Assembly (NCBI GenBank): GCA_050300995.1
Contig: JBNKYR010000001.1
Span: 1 to 52,988 of the forward strand
Origin: Crocinitomicaceae bacterium
GTDB lineage: Bacteria; Bacteroidota; Bacteroidia; Flavobacteriales_D; Crocinitomicaceae
Reading direction: 5' to 3'
DNA length: 52,988 bases
The notes below the pieces were generated by a model, which had not been told where the DNA came from, did not search any database, and worked only from the letters and a program-made list of their open reading frames with translations. Both the position numbers and the translations under genes were made by a program. The number at the start of each line of letters is the position of its first letter. The stretch's first letter is position 1. Shown here one piece after another: positions 45,220 through 52,988 of the stretch.

Positions 45220-46323
45220 ATGAAGAAAATCGAACGCGCAATCATATCAGGCGGAGGTACCGGGGGGCATATTTTCCCTGCCATTGCCATTGCGGATGAA
45301 ATCAAACGTCGGAACCCGGAAGCCGAGATCTTGTTTGTCGGAGCCGAAGGAAAAATGGAAATGGAAAAAGTACCGGCGGCCGGATATCCCATCGAAGGAT
45401 TGCAGATCATTGGGTTGAAGCGCAAACTGGCACTGTCCAACTTCCTGCTGCCGTTCAAGATCATCCGCAGTCTTATGAAAGCCCGGAAGATCGTAAAAAA
45501 CTTTGCTCCGCAAGTCGCTGTTGGTGTGGGTGGATATGCCAGTGGCCCAACCCTGAAAGCAGCTACCATGTTAGGGGTTCCCTCCTTGATCCAGGAACAA
45601 AATGCCTTTGCCGGAAAAACCAACAAGCTCCTATCCAAAAATGTCGCGAAAATCTGCGTGGCCTACGAAGGACTTGAACGCTTTTTCCCGGCCGATAAAA
45701 TCGTGATGACCGGAAATCCGACCCGTAAAAATATGGTCGCCATTGTCGGAAAGGAACAGGAAGGTTATGACTTCTACGGTTTCGACCCCTCCAAAAAAAC
45801 CATTCTGATCATCGGCGGAAGCCTCGGCGCACGAACCCTCAATGCAAGCGTGCTACAACACCTGGACACTTTGAAACAATCCGGAGTACAGGTCCTCTGG
45901 CAATGCGGGAAATTATACCATGAACACATCGAAGCTGCCCTGGAAGGAAAAGAACTCGGAGACATTCACCTTGTACAATTCATTGCGCGCATGGATCTCG
46001 CCTACGCAATCGCCGACGTTGTAATCTCACGTGCCGGAGCCATTTCGGTTTCCGAATTATGCCTGGTTCGTAAACCCGCCATTCTGGTTCCTTCACCAAA
46101 CGTAGCCGAAGACCACCAGACAAAGAATGCCATGGCCCTCGTAGAAAAAGACGCCGCCATCCTTGTCAAAGACGCTGAAGCCCGGGACAAACTTATCGAT
46201 ACGGCATTGAAACTCATCAGTGATGAGGCACAATGCAAAAGCCTGTCAGAACGCATCGGGTCGCTCGGAAAACCCAATGCAACTGCGCAAATCGTGGACG
46301 AACTCGAAAAGATCCTTGCGTGA
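45220..46323 (+). CDS. murG: Undecaprenyldiphospho-muramoylpentapeptide beta-N-acetylglucosaminyltransferase
   Basis: GGTGGHIFPAIA; ISRAGAISVSEL; QTKNA. Confidence 0.95.
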   Translation: MKKIERAIISGGGTGGHIFPAIAIADEIKRRNPEAEILFVGAEGKMEMEKVPAAGYPIEGLQIIGLKRKLALSNFLLPFKIIRSLMKARKIVKNFAPQVAVGVGGYASGPTLKAATMLGVPSLIQEQNAFAGKTNKLLSKNVAKICVAYEGLERFFPADKIVMTGNPTRKNMVAIVGKEQEGYDFYGFDPSKKTILIIGGSLGARTLNASVLQHLDTLKQSGVQVLWQCGKLYHEHIEAALEGKELGDIHLVQFIARMDLAYAIADVVISRAGAISVSELCLVRKPAILVPSPNVAEDHQTKNAMALVEKDAAILVKDAEARDKLIDTALKLISDEAQCKSLSERIGSLGKPNATAQIVDELEKILA

Positions 46324-47690
46324 AAAAAGACCTGCCCCATATCGCCCGTTTTGACCGCGCATGGTTTATTGGTATCGGCGGGATTGGAATGTCGGCACTG
46401 GCCCGCTATTTTCATCAAAAGGGCTGGCAGGTTGCCGGGTACGACAAAACGAATACAGTACTTACCCGCGAGTTGGAACGTGAAGGGATTGCCGTGCACT
46501 ATGAAGACCTTGGCGATCAACTCCCCGAAACGTTTCTTGACAGAGAGAAAACACTGGTAGTGTACACGCCAGCCATTCCAAAGGACATGGGCGAACTTGT
46601 GTTCGTTCAAAACAATGGATTCGAAGTACTCAAACGCGCCGCCGTGCTTGGAATGATCACCCGGGACAGCAAAGCCCTGTGCGTGGCCGGAACCCATGGA
46701 AAAACCACTACAAGCACACTTCTCGCACACCTGCTCGACCAATCCAAACTGAAATGCAGCGCCTTTCTCGGCGGTATTTCAACCAATTTCAACTCTAACT
46801 TCGTGAGCCATCCGGAAAGCCCGTACACCGTTATTGAAGCCGACGAGTTCGACCGCTCTTTCCTGCAACTCACCCCCTATGCATCAATCATCACTTCCAC
46901 CGATGCTGACCATCTTGATATTTACGGCGACAATACACAATTCCTCGAAGGATTCCAGGCCTATGCCAACCTGATCTCACCGGAAGGCGTTCTCATTCAT
47001 CATGTGGACGTTCATCTACAGGCTCCCAACAGCATCAGCTATGCCATTGACCGGCCAGCCGATTACAAAGGATCAAACCTTCGTTACACTGACGGAAAAT
47101 TCCTCTTCGATCTAGAAACTCCGGAAGGCCCCATGAACAATATTGAACTTGGTATACCGGGAATTCATAACACCGAAAACGCCATCGCCTGCATTGCACT
47201 GGCTCGCTTCCTCTCCATCAACGAAGAGGTAATCCGGAAAGCACTTGTCTCTTTCGCAGGAGTAAAACGTCGCTTCGAATACCATGTCCGCACACAAAGT
47301 CTGACCTACATCGACGATTATGCCCATCACCCGACAGAGATCGAGGCATTGGTCGCATCGGTACGTTTACTATACCCGGAACAAAGAATCACGGGTGTGT
47401 TTCAACCTCATCTTTTTACCCGCACCCGTGATTTCTTTGAGGGCTTCGTAAATGCTTTGAGCAAACTGGACGAGGTCATCCTCCTACCGATCTACCCTGC
47501 CCGGGAAACCCCGCTGGAGGGCATCACCAGTGACGCGTTAAGTCTCCGAATTGAGCACGCCCGGGTACTTTCACCGGAAGAAGCAGTGAGGACACTTTCG
47601 GATCGCAAAGCCGGAGTCATTCTGACCATCGGAGCCGGAGATATCGACCTGATTGTTGAACCTCTTCAAAACGCACTTCAGCAAGCATGA
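46320..47690 (+). CDS. murC: UDP-N-acetylmuramate--L-alanine ligase
   Basis: GTG at 46320 (GTGA overlap with the murG stop) is preferred over the ORF-track ATG at 46233, which would overlap murG by 91 nt. GIGGIGMSALA, VAGTHGKTTT, DDYAHHPTEI. Confidence 0.9.
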   Translation: MKKDLPHIARFDRAWFIGIGGIGMSALARYFHQKGWQVAGYDKTNTVLTRELEREGIAVHYEDLGDQLPETFLDREKTLVVYTPAIPKDMGELVFVQNNGFEVLKRAAVLGMITRDSKALCVAGTHGKTTTSTLLAHLLDQSKLKCSAFLGGISTNFNSNFVSHPESPYTVIEADEFDRSFLQLTPYASIITSTDADHLDIYGDNTQFLEGFQAYANLISPEGVLIHHVDVHLQAPNSISYAIDRPADYKGSNLRYTDGKFLFDLETPEGPMNNIELGIPGIHNTENAIACIALARFLSINEEVIRKALVSFAGVKRRFEYHVRTQSLTYIDDYAHHPTEIEALVASVRLLYPEQRITGVFQPHLFTRTRDFFEGFVNALSKLDEVILLPIYPARETPLEGITSDALSLRIEHARVLSPEEAVRTLSDRKAGVILTIGAGDIDLIVEPLQNALQQA

Positions 47691-48493
47691 AAAAGTGGAT
47701 CAAAATAACGCTCTGGAGCCTCTTCACAATCGGTGTGATCGTGTTAGGCGTTATGGTCCGCAAAGAACTCCGGGGACAAGCCGTACCCACTCCCGAGGTA
47801 GTTGTGCATGTTGACGGCGAAAACGCTTTCATCACCGGGGAAGAACTGCTGGAGCGACTGCGCCGGGAACGCCTCCTTTTCGAAGGACAAACGCGCGCAG
47901 AACTGAACACCGGAGCCATTGAAGATTACATCGCTTCCATTTCGCAGGTACGGAAGGTCGAAGTGTATCAACGGATCAGCGGAGAGTGGAAGATCGACGT
48001 TGAAATGCGAAAACCCATTGCCCGCATCTATAATTTGTTTGGTGAAACATACTATCTGGACAACGAAGGAAACACCGTTGAAACGATCCCGACCCATACG
48101 GCCCGAGTCCTAGTATTTACAGGGGAAATTGGTGACCGGGCAACCAGCAATCCGGTACCCGAAATTATTAACAATGATTCCTTGAAAAGTATTCGAAAAC
48201 TCGATGATATCTATCGTATTTCGGATTATGTTTGTAACGATCCCGTTTTCCATTCTCTGATTGGGCAGGTTCACCTGAAAAAGAACGGAGACTTCGTACT
48301 GGTACCACTGGTCGGGGATCAGAAAATAATCTTTGGTTCTGCGTATACAGAGAAGGAAGTGGAGGAGAAATTCCGGAAGCTAAAGATATTTTACAAGGAG
48401 GCGATGCCGTTTGAAGGTTGGAATACCTATTCGGAGATCAGCCTGAAGTACAGAGACCAAATAGTTTGCAAGAAAAAGAAAACCGATGAGTAA
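47687..48493 (+). CDS. ftsQ: Cell-division protein FtsQ (POTRA-containing)
   Basis: N-terminal TM (ITLWSLFTIGVIVLGVMV), POTRA-like region, positioned between murC and ftsA. ATGA overlap with murC. Confidence 0.7.
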   Translation: MKKWIKITLWSLFTIGVIVLGVMVRKELRGQAVPTPEVVVHVDGENAFITGEELLERLRRERLLFEGQTRAELNTGAIEDYIASISQVRKVEVYQRISGEWKIDVEMRKPIARIYNLFGETYYLDNEGNTVETIPTHTARVLVFTGEIGDRATSNPVPEIINNDSLKSIRKLDDIYRISDYVCNDPVFHSLIGQVHLKKNGDFVLVPLVGDQKIIFGSAYTEKEVEEKFRKLKIFYKEAMPFEGWNTYSEISLKYRDQIVCKKKKTDE

Positions 48494-49769
48494 AGTAATT
48501 GTAGGTTTAGATATTGGAACAACAAAGATCGCGTGCTTTGTCGGACGTAAGAACGAGCATGGCAAGATCGAGATTCTGTCCATGGGTAAGACGGAGTCAC
48601 TGGGTGTGATGCGCGGTATGGTCTCCAATATCGACAAGACAATTCAATCCATCAAGGCGGCTGTTGAAGAAGCCGAAGAACGCATTGACGGGCAGTTGAA
48701 GATCAACTCCGTGAATGTAGGGATTGCCGGACAACACATCAAGAGCATCCAGCATCGCGGTATTTACACCCGTACAAACCTTGAGAACGAAATTTCGCAA
48801 TTGGACATCGACCGTCTGGTAGACGACATGTACAAGATGGCCATGCCTCCGGGAGAGCAGATCATTACCGTGCTCCCGCAGGAATATATCATTGACAACG
48901 AACAGGGCATCAAAGATCCGATCGGGATGTCAGGCGTTCGACTGGAAGCCAACTTCCATATCATTACCGGAAATGTCGGAGCTTCCATGAACATCCACAA
49001 ATGTGTGGAACGTGCCGGGTTGAAAGTAAAGAACATCATTCTTGAGCCAATCGCTTCTGCTGAGGCCGTACTGACCGAAGAAGAAAAAGAAGCCGGAGTG
49101 GTACTGGTAGATATCGGTGGTGGTACTACTGACGTGGCAATCTTCCACGAAGGCATCATTCGCCACACGGCTGTGATTCCTTTCGGAGGAAATGTGATCA
49201 CCGAGGACATCAAGGAAGGTTGTACCATCATGAAGCGAAAAGCGGAAATGGTGAAACAACAATTCGGCTCTGCAGTGGCAAGTGCCACTCAGGACAATGT
49301 GGTTGTTTCCATCCCGGGATTGAAAGGGCGTCCTGCACGCGAGATCACGCTGCGTAACCTGGCAAGTATCATTCAGGCACGTATGGAAGAGATCATCGAA
49401 CTGGTACACTTCGAAATTCGCAACTCCGGCTACGAGAAGAAGCTGATTGGCGGAATCGTGGTGACCGGTGGTGGATCCCAACTCGACCACATTACGCAGT
49501 TGTTCGAATACGTGACCGGCATGGATGCCCGTATCGGTTATCCTACCGAGCACCTGGCAAACACAAACAATGAAAGCATCAAGAGCCCAATGTATGCAAC
49601 CGGTATCGGTTTGGTACTGAAAGGCTTTGAAGACCTGGAGAAGGCCAGCGCTTCGGCACCGGAAGCTGCGAGTTCAGGAGACGTGAAAACACACTCCGAA
49701 AAAACACGCGGTTCCTTCTTTGATACGATCATCCAACGCGGCAAAACCTGGTTTGCTGAGGAGGATTAA
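48486..49769 (+). CDS. ftsA: Cell-division protein FtsA
   Basis: VGLDIGTTKI, DIGGGTTDVAIF, VVTGGGSQL. Confidence 0.95.
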   Translation: MSKVIVGLDIGTTKIACFVGRKNEHGKIEILSMGKTESLGVMRGMVSNIDKTIQSIKAAVEEAEERIDGQLKINSVNVGIAGQHIKSIQHRGIYTRTNLENEISQLDIDRLVDDMYKMAMPPGEQIITVLPQEYIIDNEQGIKDPIGMSGVRLEANFHIITGNVGASMNIHKCVERAGLKVKNIILEPIASAEAVLTEEEKEAGVVLVDIGGGTTDVAIFHEGIIRHTAVIPFGGNVITEDIKEGCTIMKRKAEMVKQQFGSAVASATQDNVVVSIPGLKGRPAREITLRNLASIIQARMEEIIELVHFEIRNSGYEKKLIGGIVVTGGGSQLDHITQLFEYVTGMDARIGYPTEHLANTNNESIKSPMYATGIGLVLKGFEDLEKASASAPEAASSGDVKTHSEKTRGSFFDTIIQRGKTWFAEED

Positions 49770-49876
49770 CGATAGAATGTACGTTTCAAGATCCGCTCGA
49801 CATACAGAGCAGAACAACGTACCTGAAAACTGAAAAAGACTAACAAACAAACACAACAACTATTAAAAACGAGCAT

Positions 49877-51472
49877 ATGGATTTCGAATTGCCAAAAGAA
49901 AACCCTTCGATCATTAAAGTGATCGGTGTTGGTGGCGGCGGAAGCAACGCCGTGAACCACATGTATCGCCTCGGAATTAAAGGTGTGGATTTCATTATTT
50001 GCAACACAGACATGCAAGCACTGGAAATTTCACCTGTTCCCCACAAAATTCAATTGGGACCGTCGCTGACCGAAGGTCGCGGTGCAGGATCTTTGCCTGA
50101 GATCGGGAAAAATGCAGCCGTGGAAAACATTGAAGATATTCGCGATTACCTGAGTAAAGAAGCGAAAATGGTATTCGTTACCGCCGGAATGGGTGGTGGT
50201 ACCGGTACGGGTGCTGCTCCTGTTATTGCACAGGTAGCACGTGAACTTGGTATCCTCACTGTAGGTATCGTAACGGTTCCTTTCAACTTTGAAGGGCGCA
50301 AACGTCGTATCCAGGCGGAAGAAGGTCTCGAAGCTATGCGCAGTAACGTGGACACCCTGCTCGTGATCAACAACGAGCGTCTGCGTGAGGTCACCGGAAA
50401 CCTTTCTATTGGTGATGCATTTGCACAGGCGGATGACATCCTGGCGACAGCCGCTCGTGGAATTGCCGAGGTAATCGCTGTAACAGGAGCCATCAACGTA
50501 GACTTTAACGATGTGAATACTGTGATGCGTGACAGCGGTGTTGCCATTATGGGTAGCGCTGCGGCAGAAGGTGAAGATCGCGCGATCCGTGCGGTTGAAA
50601 AAGCACTTGAGTCTCCATTGCTGAACGATAACGACATCAGCGGTGCGGAATACGTATTGTTGAACATCACGTACGGCGACAAAGAAGTATTGATGGATGA
50701 GATCACGGAGATCACGGATTATATTCAGGATGCCGCAGGATCCACTGCTGATGTGATCTTCGGACATGCCAAAGACGATTCACTCGGGGACCAACTGAGT
50801 GTGACCGTGATCGCTACCGGATTCAAATCAACTCCGCTGACAGGTTTTGAAAAAGCACCTGAAAAGCAAGTTACCACACTGAACGAAGAGCGCAAGACAG
50901 AGATCAAATCTCCGTTGAACTCTCCTACACAGCAAAGTGTTTGGTCGGGTGCGAAAGAAGTTTCCAAGCAGGAAGAGCCTTTCCTGAAGAAAGTAGATGA
51001 GACACCGAAACGCGAATCATGGTTTGCTACAGACAAGCGGGAAGAGCCGAAGAAAGAGCAGAAAGAAATGGAATTCGACTGGAATATGAATGCGGAGCCT
51101 ACCGCATCCACCACTCCAACTCCTGAAGCGAAAGAAGAACCGGTGACGCGGCTTGTACTCGAAGACGATTCCGAAACCGAAATGGAACTGGAAGGATCAG
51201 ACGAATCAAAGCAGGTTTTGTCGCCCGAAGAGCAGCAAAAACGTACCCAGGAGCGTTTGACACGCATCCAGGAGTATACGCAGAAACTGAAGAAAGCGGA
51301 CGGTATTCAGGAATTCGAAAACGAGCCGGCTTATGTACGTCGCAACATCACGTTGGATGAAAGTGTGCCGAGTAAGGAAAGCAATAGCAGCCGTTTCAGC
51401 GTTTCTAAAGACGACGAAGGTAATTCCTCGTTGAATAGTAATAATTCATTTCTTCACGATAACGTAGACTGA
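49877..51472 (+). CDS. ftsZ: Cell-division GTPase FtsZ with ~200-aa acidic/lysine-rich linker
   Basis: IKVIGVGGGGSNAVN, GGGTGTGAAPVIA, NVDFNDV. Long E/K/P/T-rich region and a conserved C-terminal peptide ...SFLHDNVD. Confidence 0.97.
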   Translation: MDFELPKENPSIIKVIGVGGGGSNAVNHMYRLGIKGVDFIICNTDMQALEISPVPHKIQLGPSLTEGRGAGSLPEIGKNAAVENIEDIRDYLSKEAKMVFVTAGMGGGTGTGAAPVIAQVARELGILTVGIVTVPFNFEGRKRRIQAEEGLEAMRSNVDTLLVINNERLREVTGNLSIGDAFAQADDILATAARGIAEVIAVTGAINVDFNDVNTVMRDSGVAIMGSAAAEGEDRAIRAVEKALESPLLNDNDISGAEYVLLNITYGDKEVLMDEITEITDYIQDAAGSTADVIFGHAKDDSLGDQLSVTVIATGFKSTPLTGFEKAPEKQVTTLNEERKTEIKSPLNSPTQQSVWSGAKEVSKQEEPFLKKVDETPKRESWFATDKREEPKKEQKEMEFDWNMNAEPTASTTPTPEAKEEPVTRLVLEDDSETEMELEGSDESKQVLSPEEQQKRTQERLTRIQEYTQKLKKADGIQEFENEPAYVRRNITLDESVPSKESNSSRFSVSKDDEGNSSLNSNNSFLHDNVD

Positions 51473-51918
51473 TGAGTTTTGTTGATCAGATAAACAACGA
51501 CATCAAGGCCGCGATGCTGGCCAAAGAAAAGGAGAAACTCGCTGCACTTCGCGACATCAAGTCGAAGTTGCTGCTGGAAGCTACATCCGGAAGTGGAGAG
51601 GTGACCGAGGCAGCAGCCATGAAGATTGTCATGAAGTTGCACAAGCAGCGTGTGGAAACCTATGAACTGTATAAAAAGGAAGGACGCGAAGACCTCGCCG
51701 CGGAAGAAAAATTCCAGGCCGATGTTATCGCAGCCTACCTCCCTAAAATGCTCTCCGAGGAAGAAGTGCGTGTCGAAGCAGCCGAAGCAATTGCTTCCAT
51801 CGGTGCTACAGGTCCGCAGGACATGGGCAAAGTGATGGGGATCCTCTCAGGAAAGCTGGCCGGAAAAGCCGATGGTAAGGTGATTGCCGATACGGTAAAA
51901 GCCTTATTGAACAATTAA
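51472..51918 (+). CDS. GatB/YqeY-domain protein
   Basis: Pattern MSFVDQINNDIKAAMLAKEKEKLAALRDIKS...GPQDMGKVMG. Single-base overlap (TGATG) with ftsZ. Confidence 0.85.
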   Translation: MSFVDQINNDIKAAMLAKEKEKLAALRDIKSKLLLEATSGSGEVTEAAAMKIVMKLHKQRVETYELYKKEGREDLAAEEKFQADVIAAYLPKMLSEEEVRVEAAEAIASIGATGPQDMGKVMGILSGKLAGKADGKVIADTVKALLNN

Positions 51919-51963
51919 GCGTTCTACCCGATTTCTTACAGGAAATCTTTTTAATAGTTGGAT

Positions 51964-51999
51964 AAAACGCCCGTTACTCCGGTAACAGGCGTTTTTTTT
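51964..51999 (+). terminator. Rho-independent terminator ending the dcw-yqeY transcription unit
   Basis: AAAACGCC(C)GTTAC-tccg-GTAAC(A)GGCGTTTT followed by a T8 run. Confidence 0.7.
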
Positions 52000-52151
52000 G
52001 TTTCTCCCAGTTCCGTAACAACGCCCCACTCTTACCAAATCTCCTCCATTTCCGACCAACGGGGAATTGGATAATGCCAGCTACGCATTCCCCCTGAAAT
52101 TGATCTGTGTTCTGCCTAGTTTCGAGGTAATAACCCTTTAAACAAAAGAAC

Positions 52152-52979
52152 ATGAAAAAGAAAACATTCATCCTTGCAGGACTTTTTGCCTGCCTATCCA
52201 TTGGCGTAAACGCCCAAAATGGCTGGACGCTCAACGGAGGAACAACCTACACACCATATAGCGTCCAGATCAAATCAAACGTATACCTGCCTTACAGCAA
52301 CGGAAATAACTATATCCGACCGGCAAGTTCATCAAATAATACCTATTTTGATGGTGGAGGCGGTGTAGGTATCGGTCATCAGAGTCAATATACCGGATAC
52401 AGACTCCACGTTTCCGGAAAAACCAATCTGAACGGCGATGTGGGAATCGGAATTGGGAACACACTTCCACTTGAAGCCCTGCATGTTTCCGGCAACGGCC
52501 TCTTCCATTCCGGAACAAACAAAAATATTACCCTTGGAGGATGGGAACTAGCCGGTCCCGGAGGAGTCTCAATTTCCGCACAAAACGACGCAAATAGTGC
52601 ACACATTCCTTTGCTCCTTGCTGCCAATAAGTTTATGTTCCACGGAGGAAATGTAGGTATCGGCACCGATAAAACGACCGGGTATTTGTTATCCGTTGCG
52701 GGAAAAGTTCGTGCAGAAGAAGTAGAAATCAGTCTTTCCAGCACATGGGCAGATTACGTATTCGCGGACAACTACTCCCTAATGCCACTGGCCGAATTGA
52801 AGAGCTACATTTCCGAAAATCGACATCTGCCAAACATTCCGAGCGCCGAAGAAATCGAAACATCCGGACTCAGTATCGGTGAGATGCAAAAAATGCAAAT
52901 GGAGAAAATCGAAGAACTTACACTGTACATCCTCGAATTGGAACAAAGGGTGAAAGAACTGGAGGCTGACAAGCAGTAA
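52152..52979 (+). CDS. Secreted repeat protein (VGIG repeats) with C-terminal coiled coil, tail-fibre-like
   Basis: Signal peptide MKKKTFILAGLFACLSIGVNAQ. Three G.VGIG...L.V.G repeats. C-terminal WADYVF...LPNIPSAEEIE...KIEELTLYILELEQRVKELE. Confidence 0.5.
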   Translation: MKKKTFILAGLFACLSIGVNAQNGWTLNGGTTYTPYSVQIKSNVYLPYSNGNNYIRPASSSNNTYFDGGGGVGIGHQSQYTGYRLHVSGKTNLNGDVGIGIGNTLPLEALHVSGNGLFHSGTNKNITLGGWELAGPGGVSISAQNDANSAHIPLLLAANKFMFHGGNVGIGTDKTTGYLLSVAGKVRAEEVEISLSSTWADYVFADNYSLMPLAELKSYISENRHLPNIPSAEEIETSGLSIGEMQKMQMEKIEELTLYILELEQRVKELEADKQ

Positions 52980-52988
52980 TTGCCTTGC

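Noticed and set aside
46002-46742. 246-aa minus-strand ORF spanning the murG/murC junction
   Set aside because: It is antisense to two genes with unmistakable Mur motifs and has no recognisable domain. I treat it as a typical shadow ORF.
49770-49876. 107-nt ftsA-ftsZ spacer as a possible ncRNA or riboswitch
   Set aside because: I could find no stable hairpin or repeat. It is most simply an internal promoter or 5' UTR for ftsZ, though no clean TAnnTTTG box was seen either.
50030-51267. Three long minus-strand ORFs (245, 189, 180 aa) opposite ftsZ
   Set aside because: They are antisense to ftsZ. Their S/T/R-rich translations mirror the GGT/GCN-rich and GAA/AAG-rich codons. There is no independent evidence for them.
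1-52988. Search for CRISPR arrays, IS elements/transposases, integrases, prophage blocks, toxin-antitoxin pairs or known defence genes
   Set aside because: I saw no regularly spaced 25-40-nt direct repeats and no DDE, tyrosine- or serine-recombinase-like ORF. The only tandem repeats are the 7-nt array at 16382-16416 and the 15-nt coding repeat in rplU. The tRNA-Arg is not flanked by an integrase or by an obvious duplicated tRNA 3' end that I could find by eye.

Overview
This 53-kb chromosomal window looks like Bacteroidota. The evidence is several proteins with type-IX-secretion C-terminal sorting domains, FGQ/AQ-type signal peptides, TAnnTTTG-type -7 promoter boxes, an FtsL_2-type FtsL and the gene order. 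I found no CRISPR array, transposase, integrase or rRNA.

Layout:
- 1-8767 (+): tail of a polyprenyl synthase, a membrane protein, then a tightly packed operon. The operon encodes an ECF sigma factor, a mini anti-sigma, a membrane-anchored His-rich helical sensor, an MbnP-like protein, a di-haem peroxidase (MbnH/MauG-like) and a T9SS YHYH protein. A large FG-GAP/VCBS-ASPIC protein follows.
- 8772-14793: a secreted DUF255 thioredoxin-domain protein (-), a T9SS multicopper oxidase with a long structured leader (+), and a secreted vWA protein (-).
- 14929-20791 (+): a 59-aa HWPGA membrane peptide, tRNA-Arg(CCT), a cupin, Mpg glycosylase, a DnaE2-like polymerase and DinB.
- 20792-35206 (-): CBS, msrA, TPR/lipoprotein/OmpA, serS, rplU-rpmA, an MBOAT plus DltD-like acyltransferase pair with a trailing micro-ORF, an EamA exporter, and a carbamoyltransferase/SGNH/DUF5989/SxtJ-like cassette.
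- 35570-51918 (+): a complete, translationally coupled dcw operon (mraZ to ftsZ plus yqeY), followed by a repeat-rich secreted protein.

Most interesting observations:
- An unassignable 156-aa ORF sits between murD and ftsW inside the dcw operon.
- A CnrH/Y/X-like sensing module is fused operonically to MbnP/MbnH and a YHYH protein, next to other extracytoplasmic copper/redox genes.
- An SxtI/J/K-like carbamoylation cassette lies next to an MBOAT/DltD-like pair.
- Inverted pairs of GTGGTA boxes upstream of mraZ are a likely MraZ operator.

All family assignments come from motif reading only. No database search was run.
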